DNA of 60,746 nt, filler included. It is 4 parts of 4 records of this genome, joined end to end, with 100 filler letters (N's around TTAATTAATTAA, not from the genome) between each part and the next. Parts side by side here need not be neighbours in the genome. Positions count along the whole stretch, not along the records: positions 1 to 13,286 come from DRR723986_6742; 3 more parts are not named here. The stretch is one strand, 5' to 3'. Positions within the stretch are counted from its first letter, which is position 1. Each line of letters begins with the position of its first letter. The notes below the pieces were generated by a model. It had not been told where the DNA came from, did no database searches, and saw only the letters and a program-made list of their open reading frames with translations. Of the stretch, positions 1-9,826 are shown piece after piece. The position numbers and the translations under genes were made by a program.

Positions 1-8
1 GACGCCCG

Positions 9-29
9 ACCTCTCCCAGAGGGAGAGGT
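9..29. repeat. REP-like palindrome ACCTCTCCC-AGA-GGGAGAGGT at the contig start
   Basis: Perfect 9-bp inverted repeat downstream of the 76..600 gene; related CCCTCTCCC motif at the other end of the contig (13261-13286). Confidence 0.6.
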
Positions 30-75
30 GTCGTGAGCATGAAACCTGGAAGGTGACGGAACTCTCTTCGAATAC

Positions 76-600
76 CTAGAACTTACGAGCGAAAATTTCG
101 CTGACAATGAACGCTTGTTTGAGCGTTTGTGGATTGCGTAGCATGTCGATCAATGGACTGATCTCGAACTGCTGCTGTTCAACGACAGAATCCTGATCCA
201 CGACCCCATCGCCGCCCATGGGTTGCCCACCAATGGGCGTTCCGCTCTGTGAACCGGTCCCACCCAAGGCTCCCGAGGCAGCTCGCAGGTTCATCACGTT
301 GCCGTCAAAATGATCGTGCAGATGCTGCTCCATGTGCTCGTCAGCAAGACTGATCTCCTGAGCTAGCCTGCGTCGGGTGTCAATCGAACTAAGCGGGTTC
401 GGTCCTCGACGCGCGACGTCTTCGACTAACTCCGCCTCCAGAATTTCTTCGTCGTCTCGAAAATTCATGGCTCGCTCTTGACGACGCGACGGACGTGGAG
501 CAGCCTGGGCGGCTTCGGCCTGCAAGTTCTTCGACAGCTCTACCTGTTGAGCGACGTGCTGGGCCGCTTTCTGTAGGAATCGTTCTAGGTCGCCTGCCAT
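76..600 (-). CDS. Hypothetical protein, probably co-transcribed with floA
   Basis: 174-aa ORF directly downstream of floA on the same strand; charged/helical N-terminus, Gly-rich linker, C-terminal 'LKQAFIVSEIF'. Confidence 0.75.
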   Translation of the reverse strand: MAGDLERFLQKAAQHVAQQVELSKNLQAEAAQAAPRPSRRQERAMNFRDDEEILEAELVEDVARRGPNPLSSIDTRRRLAQEISLADEHMEQHLHDHFDGNVMNLRAASGALGGTGSQSGTPIGGQPMGGDGVVDQDSVVEQQQFEISPLIDMLRNPQTLKQAFIVSEIFARKF

Positions 601-699
601 AGATCTTCTCGTAACTGCCTGAGTTTTCGACTGTCGCTAAGTTAGACGAACGTCGACAGGTGCATACAACTGATCGCGTTCAACGTCCGTCAGCCCGTA

Positions 700-1761
700 T
701 TAACTTGCTTGGTTAGGAATGTCGGCCTTGCGCTCGCCAACCTCTGCGATGCTAGAACGCATCTTGGTATCGGCCGATACGTTCATCAATTTGTAATAGT
801 CCATGATGCCAAGCGTACCGGTATTGAAAGCTTCTGCCATGGCTCGCGGCACGTCCGCTTCTGCTGCCACCAAAGCGGCCTTACTTTCTTCGATGCTGGC
901 GATCTTCTCCTGCTCCACGGCAACCGCTGCAGCCCGACGGCTTTCTGCTCGGGCTCGTGCAACTCGCATGTCCGCCTCGGCCCGGTCTGCCTGCAGACGA
1001 GCGCCGATGTTCTCGCCGACATCAATGTTGGCAATGTCAATGGAGACAATTTCAAAAGCCGTTTGAGCATCTAGTCGACGTCCAAGCACGGCCTTGGAAA
1101 TCATGTCTGGGTTCTCCAGTACAACCTTGTGATCGTCGGCAGAACCAATTGCACTCACGATGCCTTCACCAACTCGTGCGACAACGGTCTCTTCGGTAGC
1201 ACCACCAATGAGCTGCTGCAGGTTGGCTCGAACCGTCACGCGAGTTTTCACCTTCAACTGGATCCCGTCTTTCGCGACCGCGTCCAAGGAACTTCGCGCA
1301 GCTCCCTTGGCAGGACAATCGATCACCTTCGGATAAACACTCATCTGCACCGCTTCCAGGACATCGCGGCCAGCTAGGTCGATAGCTGCAGCTTCTCGGA
1401 AGCCTAGAGTGATCATTTTCGACTTACGAGCCGCCACGAGAGCTCGGATGACCTGCGGCACGTTCCCGCCGGCCAAGTAGTGAGCCTCGAGCGCTTCGCC
1501 GTCGAGTTCTTCGTCCGTCAAACCCGCTTGCACAGCCATAATTTTGCTGCGAACGATGGTCCGCATGTCAACGCGTCGCAGCCACATACCGATCAGATCC
1601 CAGAGACCGATACCGGCACCGGTAGTAAAGGACTGCGCCCAGAGCCAGAAGAAGTTTGCCATAACAGCAAACAACCCGAGCATGAAGACGATGATGACCA
1701 ATGCGACCACCAAGATCACGATCGATTGAGCGTCTTGGGCCAGAAGCAAGGGGAAATCCAT
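700..1761 (-). CDS. floA: Flotillin-like protein FloA (UPF0365/YqfA)
   Basis: N-terminal TM; family motifs '[11 protein letters not shown]', '[18 protein letters not shown]', '[22 protein letters not shown]', '[13 protein letters not shown]'. Confidence 0.95.
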   Translation of the reverse strand: MDFPLLLAQDAQSIVILVVALVIIVFMLGLFAVMANFFWLWAQSFTTGAGIGLWDLIGMWLRRVDMRTIVRSKIMAVQAGLTDEELDGEALEAHYLAGGNVPQVIRALVAARKSKMITLGFREAAAIDLAGRDVLEAVQMSVYPKVIDCPAKGAARSSLDAVAKDGIQLKVKTRVTVRANLQQLIGGATEETVVARVGEGIVSAIGSADDHKVVLENPDMISKAVLGRRLDAQTAFEIVSIDIANIDVGENIGARLQADRAEADMRVARARAESRRAAAVAVEQEKIASIEESKAALVAAEADVPRAMAEAFNTGTLGIMDYYKLMNVSADTKMRSSIAEVGERKADIPNQAS

Positions 1762-1974
1762 AGCAGTTGTCTCTAGAGGTTGCAGTCCGCAAGTGGATCC
1801 GGCGGCGATGATTCACGTCGTACCAATACTACCGTCCCAGTATAGTCTCTCCGCCAATCCTGCGGGATCAACTTGCCGGATAACTGCGATGCAATCCGGC
1901 AAGTGTGGAGTTCAAAAGAAATGGAAATCGGCATGGCCCCAAAGGTTCGCACAGCCGCCTAGCACAGTCGATTT

Positions 1975-3030
1975 CTACCTGATGACTCGCAAAAACTCTC
2001 CTTGGGCAAGAGGCCCTGTCCCTACGACGAGCCGTTGGTGACCATCTGGTGCGACTTCGATGCATCCGGCGGCCTGAATTCGCTCACCAGCGGCAGCCTG
2101 GCAGCAGTAGGTTGGTGAGTAGTTAACGATCTCGACGATTTCGGGATGTTCGATGCCGTAGACGCCCCCATAGCACGCCGAGTGACGATCGTCGGTGACA
2201 GTCGCCTCCAGCTCTGCGGGGCCCAGCTTCTTACATCGAGCGTTCCATTGCTTCGGCGGATCGGCAATGCAAGATAAATCGACGCGTCTCCCCTTCCACA
2301 GAAACTTGTTCGCCTTTCGTCGCTCGTGCCAAAGATAGTCGTCCCAGGAGAGCGCGCAATTCCGGCGCTCGAACGCTTCACGCCAATGCCGTATGTCTAG
2401 TTCCGAAAAGTCGGCTTGTTTGGCAAGTGGACCTCGAACGAGCGACTGCATCGTGCGAAAATTTTCTGCACCGTAGACGGTCACATCCAAGTCCGACTGT
2501 TGGTTAGCATGGCCAATCAAAACCGAACCTGTCACTCCCAGGTTTTCGCCGAGGTCCGTCAAGTTGCGTATACAATCGATCAAATGGCCAAGAGCCTCAT
2601 AGACCTCCGGCGTCGCCACACTGGGTTGCCCAACTTCGCAATGATTGCCAGCACGTTTCCAATCCACCTCAGGACGAATGTGCGTGGCGACTTCGTCTTC
2701 GGGAATCGCGATCAGCGGAATACCACGTCGAGGGCATTCGACGATCCAGTGCGGGACTAACCGATCGACCACTGAAGCAACTTCCTTCGGTGGTATCTTG
2801 CAAACGCTCTCATCGCCGATCGACATTGAACGGTCGCACCGTTGCGACTTGTCTTTTGGAAGCTGTACGCATCCTTCGGCGGAGGCAGAATCTTGGATTA
2901 TGTATCGGGGAGTTGCCAACAACCGCCCATCTTCGCTCCCCCAACCGACCAGTGCACAGAATAGACCACTGTCGCAAAGCACGAAGTCTTTCGGCAGGTA
3001 TTGATGTGATGCACGAAGTTGATCGATCAC
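1975..3030 (-). CDS. Predicted nucleotidyltransferase (pol-beta superfamily, COG1665-like)
   Basis: 'LGVTGSVLIG....SDLDVTVYG' GS-x-DxD motif; C-terminal OB-like beta region 'TYCCQAAAGERIQAAGCIE...LVVG'. Confidence 0.75.
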   Translation of the reverse strand: MIDQLRASHQYLPKDFVLCDSGLFCALVGWGSEDGRLLATPRYIIQDSASAEGCVQLPKDKSQRCDRSMSIGDESVCKIPPKEVASVVDRLVPHWIVECPRRGIPLIAIPEDEVATHIRPEVDWKRAGNHCEVGQPSVATPEVYEALGHLIDCIRNLTDLGENLGVTGSVLIGHANQQSDLDVTVYGAENFRTMQSLVRGPLAKQADFSELDIRHWREAFERRNCALSWDDYLWHERRKANKFLWKGRRVDLSCIADPPKQWNARCKKLGPAELEATVTDDRHSACYGGVYGIEHPEIVEIVNYSPTYCCQAAAGERIQAAGCIEVAPDGHQRLVVGTGPLAQGEFLRVIR

Positions 3031-3319
3031 GCCCCTGCTCCGCGAAAGTTAGTTCTTGTTTTGGAATCGCCCAGGCTGTCCACTACGGAAATTCTTTGCC
3101 AGGAATTCACCCTCACCCAGTTGCGTTTCTCGCGCGAACCACGAGCTCGCTCGGGCTGGTTGCTCTTCGACCGTCTGCGCATGGAAAGAAGAATGCTGGC
3201 AGGAGTGGCAACACAAGGCGCTCTGCATGACTATCCGTTAAGGGTACAATGCACCACTCTGCCAAGCTATTCTTGCACACAACAATTGCCGGTTTCACAC
3301 CGCAGCCAGATGACTCTTC

Positions 3320-5239
3320 ATGAGACTTCGTGAAATGTACGCGTCCGAACAGCCATCAATCCGTCCGCATGTGATCTGGCAACACGTTGCTTGTTGCCTG
3401 CTCATCGCGGTGCAATTTGCCACTGCCAATCCGGTGACCGCGAGTGAACTGACTCTCGGTCCACCGGATCAAGAAGGTGGCGATGACCAGCCCGGGGATC
3501 CGTTTGCGTTGGGGCCTGACTTCGACGAAATCGTATCGCAATCAACAAGCGACGTCAGCGCCTCGTCGGAAGGCGATCAGGAGCTCGTGTCCCAAACCCA
3601 ACAGTCGGATGCACCAAAGAGCTCAATCAATGGAACGAGTGAAGCGACTGCCGCCGACAGTGTTGAGCCCCCAGGCGGCTCAGAAGTTTCATCAACGCCA
3701 CCACAACCACGCGACGTCGATTCGGCACTGCCCGAAGTGGAAAATCCCGCATCGGAGGAGCCCCAAGGTGACGAGATCGAATTCGATGAGCCAGACTTGG
3801 AGATGCCGCGCGGGGAGCGTAAGACTTCTCCCCTGGACGACTTACAGCCAAAGAAGGTTGCGTGGATTGAAGTTGAGGGGCCGATATTTGGCCGCTTCCA
3901 CTGGTATCTGCTTAACCGAATCGAATGGGCCAAAGATCTTGGCGCGGACGTTGTCGTTATTGACCTGACGTCGCCAGGCGGCGAATTGAACATGTCGGTC
4001 GAGCTGGGGCGTGAGATTGCGGCCATCGACTGGGCGAAGACCATTTGCTTCGTTCGCCGTGAAGCCATCAGCGGCGGTGCCATTACCGCTCTGGGGGCCG
4101 ACTATATCGTAATGCAGGACGGCGCCATGATCGGCGACGCGGGCCCCATTGAACTACGCGAAGGCGGTGTTTTTGAACACGCTCCTGAAAAGATCGTAAG
4201 CTACCTAGCACCGATCATGGGAGAGCTTGCTTCACAGAATGGGCGTCCTGCAGTGCTGGCGGAAGCGATGGTGGATCGGTCGCTGACGGTTTTCGAGGCA
4301 ATCGACGTCGAAGCGGGCGCGCGTGTCTTCGTGTCTGAAAAGACGCTCGAAGATTCACCAGAGCGTTATCAAGACGCCAAACAGATTGATGAAACGGGGC
4401 GCAATCGATTCTTGACCGTCGCCGCTGAGCGAGCCCTGGAGCTTGAACTGTGCGAGGAGACAGTGGCGGGCGAATCCGCTCTCATCGAACTTCTTGGTGA
4501 ACCAGACATCACCCGCACCAACTTGACTGGAACCGACGAAACTGTCTACTTGCTCAATCGCCCTTGGATGACCGCCCTTCTCCTGGTCATTGGACTGATT
4601 GGCATCTATTTGGAAGCCGCCGCACCGGGAATCAGCGTTGCCGGTTTGACGGCCGCCATTTGTTTTGGCATCTTCTTTTGGAGCCATGCCCTTGGCGGAA
4701 CAGCGGGAGTCCTTGAAATTTTGCTGTTCGTTCTTGGCGTCGGCTGCATCGTCTGCGAAGTACTGGTTCTACCTGGATTCGGAGTGTTCGGCATCACCGG
4801 CATTGGATTGGTCGCTGCGTCGCTGGTCATGGCTACTCAAACGTTCGTCATTCCCGAGACCTCAGCCGACTGGAAGTCGCTTCAAGTCAACTCAGTTGTC
4901 GTGCTGGGTGCAATGATGCTGGTCTTCGGACTGGGCGTTGCTCAGATACTTCTCTTTGATTCTCTCCCAGGACTGAACCTTTTTCGCTTGCAAGCGCCCG
5001 TTGAGGCTATCGTGGACGTCGACTCAGGTCCTTCGTCGCTGACGCAAGCAGCTCCACCGGTGGTTCCGATTGAATTAGGCATGGAGGGTCATGCGGAGTC
5101 CGATTTGCGTCCCGCTGGCAAAATTGCGATCGACGGTCACTTGGTCGATGTTGTAACCGAAGGCGATTACGTAGAGAAAGGACGCAAGGTAAGCGTCATC
5201 CGCATCGAGGGCAATCGAGTTACGGTTCGCGTCATCTAA
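3320..5239 (+). CDS. nfeD: NfeD-family membrane-bound serine protease (ClpP class)
   Basis: 'SPGG', 'AISGGA' (Ser), 'EKI' (Lys), multi-TM block 'EAAAPG...LPGFGVFG', C-terminal OB domain 'LRPAGKIAIDG..VDVVTEGDYVEKG'; exact start uncertain. Confidence 0.88.
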   Translation: MRLREMYASEQPSIRPHVIWQHVACCLLIAVQFATANPVTASELTLGPPDQEGGDDQPGDPFALGPDFDEIVSQSTSDVSASSEGDQELVSQTQQSDAPKSSINGTSEATAADSVEPPGGSEVSSTPPQPRDVDSALPEVENPASEEPQGDEIEFDEPDLEMPRGERKTSPLDDLQPKKVAWIEVEGPIFGRFHWYLLNRIEWAKDLGADVVVIDLTSPGGELNMSVELGREIAAIDWAKTICFVRREAISGGAITALGADYIVMQDGAMIGDAGPIELREGGVFEHAPEKIVSYLAPIMGELASQNGRPAVLAEAMVDRSLTVFEAIDVEAGARVFVSEKTLEDSPERYQDAKQIDETGRNRFLTVAAERALELELCEETVAGESALIELLGEPDITRTNLTGTDETVYLLNRPWMTALLLVIGLIGIYLEAAAPGISVAGLTAAICFGIFFWSHALGGTAGVLEILLFVLGVGCIVCEVLVLPGFGVFGITGIGLVAASLVMATQTFVIPETSADWKSLQVNSVVVLGAMMLVFGLGVAQILLFDSLPGLNLFRLQAPVEAIVDVDSGPSSLTQAAPPVVPIELGMEGHAESDLRPAGKIAIDGHLVDVVTEGDYVEKGRKVSVIRIEGNRVTVRVI

Positions 5240-5291
5240 CCTGCCGGGGCAACGCGTTCGATCAACCTCTGCCAGCGCCGATGCAGGGCGG

Positions 5292-6995
5292 TTAGCGGAT
5301 AACCTGAAAGATGGCAAAGCTTCGATTGTCGATATATCGCCCGTCATTTACCGTCGGGTAGACGATGGCGAGCTTCTTAAGCGGGTAGCGTTGGACGCTT
5401 CGATCGATCAAAACGTATTCGAAGCCGTATTTGTCCGCCAGTTTGAGAATTTCGCTACTCTGCCAAGGGCGAATCCTTCCAATCTGGTTCCGCGGAGGCT
5501 CGCAGTCGGTGATGCGCCGAAACCACTCGTGTACGGACTCGTTATCTTGAGGAACGTCCTTCCAACAAACAACTTCAGCGCGATGAGCGTGCCACTTGAA
5601 AGTCTGCTGGTACTTTGGCGTAAGCCACAATGAATCTTCGGGTGTGTTTTCGCGGATCCACTCGCATACGGCAAGCCAATCGACGTAACGATCCGAGTCG
5701 AATTCTATTTCGCCCTCCGATTCAACAAGTAGACGATCAGCGGCCGGGGTCTGCGAAGAAGCGCTGACAACATGAGCTGCGGACAGGGCGAACACGATTC
5801 CGCCGACGGCAAATGCAATCATGCGATAGGGACCAACAGCGGCAACTGAAACGCGATCTCCACCTGCTAGATCACTTGCCAGCATTCTTCGTCCGAGCTC
5901 AACAACGAGCGCAACGGTTGCTAGCGGCAGCACTACATCCGCCCAGCGGAACCAGTAGAAGCGGAGCACACGGGACGCGGTGACTGGGTATTCCTTGGAC
6001 ACCAGGGCATCGAACACGCCACCGACTGCAGCGAACAAGAGCGCAACGGCGGCGAATCCAAACAACAAGCACTGTGGCGACCAAGGATTTCCTCTCCTGG
6101 TTGCATCAGACTGTCTAGCGTTTCCATTGCGAGTCGCCCAAAGGAAGACTACTGAAACAACAATGAAAGCTAATGCTGTGCATGCAGCCGCATAGTGACG
6201 TTCGGCTGCGAACAACTGCGGTGACATGTGATGTGGCAGTCGCATGAAGACATGGATGGCTGTGGCCACTGCGTTACCGTCAGGCCCAGCGACGATGTTT
6301 TCGCCTTTGAGACCCATTGCAGCCGGCAGTACACCGATGCACCCTACACCGACACTTGCCAAAAGCGCAACCCATTGTTCTTTCAGTCGCTGAAGCCGCC
6401 CCGGCATCATCGCCCAAACAATGCCAACACTCAATCCAGCCCAACCGCCAACGATTGGGTGCCAGGCGACGGCAATTGCCAAAAGTAGCCAAGCGGTCTT
6501 CCATCGTGCCTCACAGGCCGCCGCTATGCCAAGTAGAACAAACGGGTACGCAATCGTTTTCGCTTCAAAGCCGCCGATTGCCCACTCGCCAGCCCAATGA
6601 CCATAGCGAACACCCAAATACCAGGCCGCCAGAGCAAAGGGGCTAACGATGGCCGGGATCGCCAGGGCTCGGGAGAGCCGAGTCCACGCAAACGCCATCA
6701 GTATCCAGCTCGCGAACCTGCCCAGCCAAGCAACTGTCGCAAAGGGTAACCAAACGGCCGGTGCTCCGGCAGCGAGGCTGGCCAAATAGTGTGAGTCATG
6801 GGACTGCAGAAAGATGTCGCGTGCTGCAAATGTCTCGTCCCAAAGGTGGCGAGCCTTGGGGATGTAATGGGATTCGTTTACAGCCGGCGCCATTTCGGCC
6901 GCCAAGACGACAATAACGAAGAAGTTGACTACAACGGCCAATACGTTGCGGGTGTGACGCGGTTTTGGTTCCGATTTTCGGTTCTTCAAGTTCAT
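5292..6995 (-). CDS. Multi-pass membrane protein (DUF6798-like)
   Basis: 567 aa with many TM segments; 'VNESHY', 'GEWAIGGFEAKT', 'RLPHH', 'LRFYWFRW', 'WIRENTPEDS...FKW..RAEVV.WKDVP'; recognised from memory of a Planctomycete/cyanobacterial family. Confidence 0.65.
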   Translation of the reverse strand: MNLKNRKSEPKPRHTRNVLAVVVNFFVIVVLAAEMAPAVNESHYIPKARHLWDETFAARDIFLQSHDSHYLASLAAGAPAVWLPFATVAWLGRFASWILMAFAWTRLSRALAIPAIVSPFALAAWYLGVRYGHWAGEWAIGGFEAKTIAYPFVLLGIAAACEARWKTAWLLLAIAVAWHPIVGGWAGLSVGIVWAMMPGRLQRLKEQWVALLASVGVGCIGVLPAAMGLKGENIVAGPDGNAVATAIHVFMRLPHHMSPQLFAAERHYAAACTALAFIVVSVVFLWATRNGNARQSDATRRGNPWSPQCLLFGFAAVALLFAAVGGVFDALVSKEYPVTASRVLRFYWFRWADVVLPLATVALVVELGRRMLASDLAGGDRVSVAAVGPYRMIAFAVGGIVFALSAAHVVSASSQTPAADRLLVESEGEIEFDSDRYVDWLAVCEWIRENTPEDSLWLTPKYQQTFKWHAHRAEVVCWKDVPQDNESVHEWFRRITDCEPPRNQIGRIRPWQSSEILKLADKYGFEYVLIDRSVQRYPLKKLAIVYPTVNDGRYIDNRSFAIFQVIR

Positions 6996-7193
6996 AAACC
7001 TCGCTGCTAGAGTTGCGCGGTTGCGCAGTCTAGTGCGGGAAAATGTCGCATTTTCGCAACTTCATGTGCAAAAAAACAACAAAATAGGGGTGTTGACTAA
7101 ATGCTTTTCTTGACTCGCGCTACATTGTGCGTAGAGTGAAGGTAGTCAACTATACAGAAGAATCTCTTTGCATCAAAGCAAAGTTCGCCGAGA

Positions 7194-7236
7194 CTCCGCG
7201 GATGGAGACGGGCTATGGCCATGCAACCAAAGGAAG
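7194..7236 (+). promoter_or_regulatory. Putative CsrA binding sites in the csrA leader
   Basis: Hairpin CTCCG-CGGA-TGGAG (7194-7207) with GGA in the loop, plus AAGGA in the SD (7230-7234). Confidence 0.45.
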
Positions 7237-7242
7237 GGGCCG

Positions 7243-7443
7243 ATGTTAGTACTTTCAAGAAAAAAGAATGAGAGCATCGTGATCAACAACGACATTACGA
7301 TTGTCGTTGTCGAAATTCGCGGGGATAAAGTTCGTCTCGGTGTTGAAGCTCCTCGCGAGGTCCCTGTTCACCGCCGTGAAGTCTATGACGCGATACAGCG
7401 TTCGAGCGACGATCCACAGCAGAATAACGTCTCCCAAGATTAG
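7243..7443 (+). CDS. csrA: Carbon storage regulator CsrA
   Basis: '[51 protein letters not shown]'; ATG at 7243 with AAGGAAGG SD. Confidence 0.97.
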   Translation: MLVLSRKKNESIVINNDITIVVVEIRGDKVRLGVEAPREVPVHRREVYDAIQRSSDDPQQNNVSQD

Positions 7444-7675
7444 AACGTAGACGGTCGTGATTTGCAACGTTTTTCGCTGCAAATTTGGCGACGACTATTC
7501 GCCAAAAACGATCGTGTAGGATCGTTCTTTGAACCAACTTCTTTGGATTTGAGTGGCATTTGCCAGCACCGCTTGACCATTCGCTCTGGCAGTGTTAAAA
7601 ATCTCAACTCAATGACGCAGCCAGTCGATAGAGTGGATATTCCGGTACGACTCTGTCCTCTGGAAGCCATAGACC

Positions 7676-7748
7676 GGCCCCTTCGTCTAGCGGTCTAGGA
7701 CACCGCCCTTTCACGGCGGTAACACGGGTTCGAGTCCCGTAGGGGTCA
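7676..7748 (+). tRNA. tRNA-Glu (TTC)
   Basis: Acceptor GGCCCCT/AGGGGTC, anticodon arm CCGCC-CTTTCAC-GGCGG, T-arm GGTTCGAGTCC; CCA not encoded. Confidence 0.97.
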
Positions 7749-7757
7749 CTAAACTAC

Positions 7758-7802
7758 AATCCCTGGAAAGCTGGCAACCTAGCTTTTCAGGGATTTTTTT
7801 TT
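7758..7802 (+). terminator. Rho-independent terminator after tRNA-Glu
   Basis: AATCCCTGGAAAGCT...AGCTTTTCAGGGATT stem followed by a T run. Confidence 0.8.
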
Positions 7803-7942
7803 GCCTGGCCGCGTCATCAAGCCGGCTGCCATGCTGTTTGCCGGTCAGCCCTTGGGGTCGACCGGGTTGCACTAGGTGCACACTCCAAACAGCCCTTCGC
7901 AATTCACAATTCGCGTGCGTTCGTTCAAAGGCCCTCGATGCC

Positions 7943-9730
7943 ATGTCGTTGGTAGTGCAAAAATTTGGTGGCACGAGTGTCGCCGATCCTGAAAAAATCC
8001 TCTCCGCTGCTCGAAAGTCGATTCGCGCGATGCGCGACGGCAACCAAGTCGTCGTGGTCGTCAGCGCGATGGGCAAAAACACAGATCACCTCATCGATTT
8101 GGCCGGGCAAATCAATGAAACGCCGCCAGCCCGCGAAATGGACATGCTCCTTTCGACCGGTGAACAAGTCAGCGTCGCGCTGATGGCGATGGCCGTGCAT
8201 TCGCTTGGCCACAAAGCGGTCAGTTTGACGGGTGCTCAAATGGGCATCCAAACCGACAGCTCGTTCACCAAGGCCCGCATCCGAAAAATTTCGCCTGAAC
8301 GAATCAAGCGACTCCTGTCCGATGGCAATATTGTCATCGCCGCTGGCTTTCAGGGCATCGATGAAGATTTGAACATCACGACGCTGGGCCGCGGTGGAAG
8401 TGACACCACCGCCGTTGCCTTAGCCGCCGTCCTGCACGCCGACGCCTGCGAAATTCACACCGATGTGGACGGGGTCTACACAACCGACCCGCGGCAGCTT
8501 CCCGAAGCGCGCCACATGAGTCGCATCAGCTACGACGAAATGCTGGAGCTTGCGAGCCTGGGGGCGGGCGTGATGCACAACCGCTCCATTGAGTTTGCGA
8601 AGAAGTACGGCGTTCCAATTCATGTTCGCAGTAGCTTTAGCGACACTCAAGGAACCCTGATCGCCTCGCAGAGCGAATCGGAAGCGGCTCCGGTCTGTGG
8701 AGCGGCGATGACCAAGGAAGAGGTCCGGTTCACCATCCAAGGCGTGCCCGACAAACCTGGCTCCAGCTACGGCCTGTTCAAGCTGTTGGCCGACAACAAA
8801 ATAACCGTCGACATGATCGTCCAGAACGTTGCCGAAAATGGCAAAGCGGACATTTCATTCACGGTACCGAAGACAGAGTTGTTTTCTGCAAAGAAGACGG
8901 TCAAACGGGCTGTCGAGCAAATCGAGGCATCTGGGTGGACGCTGGATGAGGAAGTGTCCAAAATCTCCGCCGTCGGTCTCGGGATGGCTGATCAGACCGG
9001 TGTAGCTCAGCAGATGTTTCGGGCGTTGGCGGTTGCCGATATCAACATTCAAATGATTACGACCAGTGAGATTAAAATCTCGGTCTTGGTTTCGAAGCAA
9101 CAGGCCTTGGCAGCCCTTCGCGCCGTCCACTCCTCATTTGAACTCGACCAACAACCCTCCAATGCGGCAACCTGGGACAAACTCCCTCCACGCCAGGCTA
9201 GCGATGCTGATTTGCAAAAGCTGGTCGATGATTTGCATGCCGCCGATATGGAGCAGCTTTCGCTGAACGATATCTCACTTTCGGACGACCAAGCGCGGAT
9301 AACGCTTTCGGGCGTTCCCGACCGTCCAGGATTAGCTGCCGAAGTCTTTGATGCAATCGCGGCCGACGGTATTTTTGTCGACATGATCGTGCAAAGTTAC
9401 GATGGCTACGAAGGAGAAACGAGCCTTAGTTTTACCGTCCCACGCACGCAGTACGAAAGCTGCATGACCGCCGTCGAGAAGCTTGCCGGAAGTTATGGCC
9501 TGCGACAAGTGTCCGGCAGCAAGGAGATCGCCAAGCTGTCCGTTAGCGGCATTGGTCTTCGCAGCCACACCAGCGTGGCGATTGGCATGTTCGAAGTTCT
9601 CGCCGAAGGTGGAATCAACGTTGAGATGATCAACACCAGTGAACTTCGCGTCAACGTGGTTGTCGACGGAGCAAAGGGTGGCCAAGGGCTCAAGTGCTTG
9701 CAGCAACGATTTGCCGAACGCCTCAGCTAG
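7943..9730 (+). CDS. lysC: Aspartate kinase with duplicated ACT pair (four ACT domains)
   Basis: 'VVQKFGGTSV', 'TTLGRGGSDTTAVALAA', 'TDVDGVYTTDPR'; two ACT-ACT repeats ('GVPDKPG..VDMIVQ' and 'GVPDRPG..VDMIVQ'); start set at ATG 7943. Confidence 0.95.
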   Translation: MSLVVQKFGGTSVADPEKILSAARKSIRAMRDGNQVVVVVSAMGKNTDHLIDLAGQINETPPAREMDMLLSTGEQVSVALMAMAVHSLGHKAVSLTGAQMGIQTDSSFTKARIRKISPERIKRLLSDGNIVIAAGFQGIDEDLNITTLGRGGSDTTAVALAAVLHADACEIHTDVDGVYTTDPRQLPEARHMSRISYDEMLELASLGAGVMHNRSIEFAKKYGVPIHVRSSFSDTQGTLIASQSESEAAPVCGAAMTKEEVRFTIQGVPDKPGSSYGLFKLLADNKITVDMIVQNVAENGKADISFTVPKTELFSAKKTVKRAVEQIEASGWTLDEEVSKISAVGLGMADQTGVAQQMFRALAVADINIQMITTSEIKISVLVSKQQALAALRAVHSSFELDQQPSNAATWDKLPPRQASDADLQKLVDDLHAADMEQLSLNDISLSDDQARITLSGVPDRPGLAAEVFDAIAADGIFVDMIVQSYDGYEGETSLSFTVPRTQYESCMTAVEKLAGSYGLRQVSGSKEIAKLSVSGIGLRSHTSVAIGMFEVLAEGGINVEMINTSELRVNVVVDGAKGGQGLKCLQQRFAERLS

Positions 9731-9753
9731 GTCACCTCACCCCCAAAAGAGAA

Positions 9754-9790
9754 AACGCCCGCGATCTGCATACGCAAAATCGCGGGCGTT
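9754..9790. terminator. Hairpin between convergent lysC and PQQ-propeller genes
   Basis: AACGCCCGCGAT...ATCGCGGGCGTT 12-bp inverted repeat. Confidence 0.7.
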
Positions 9791-9826
9791 CATCGTTCTG
9801 AATTACTGCGAGAAGCAGTTGTGAAA

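Noticed and set aside
7803-7942. Lysine riboswitch before lysC
   Set aside because: Gap too short and no L-box motifs recognisable
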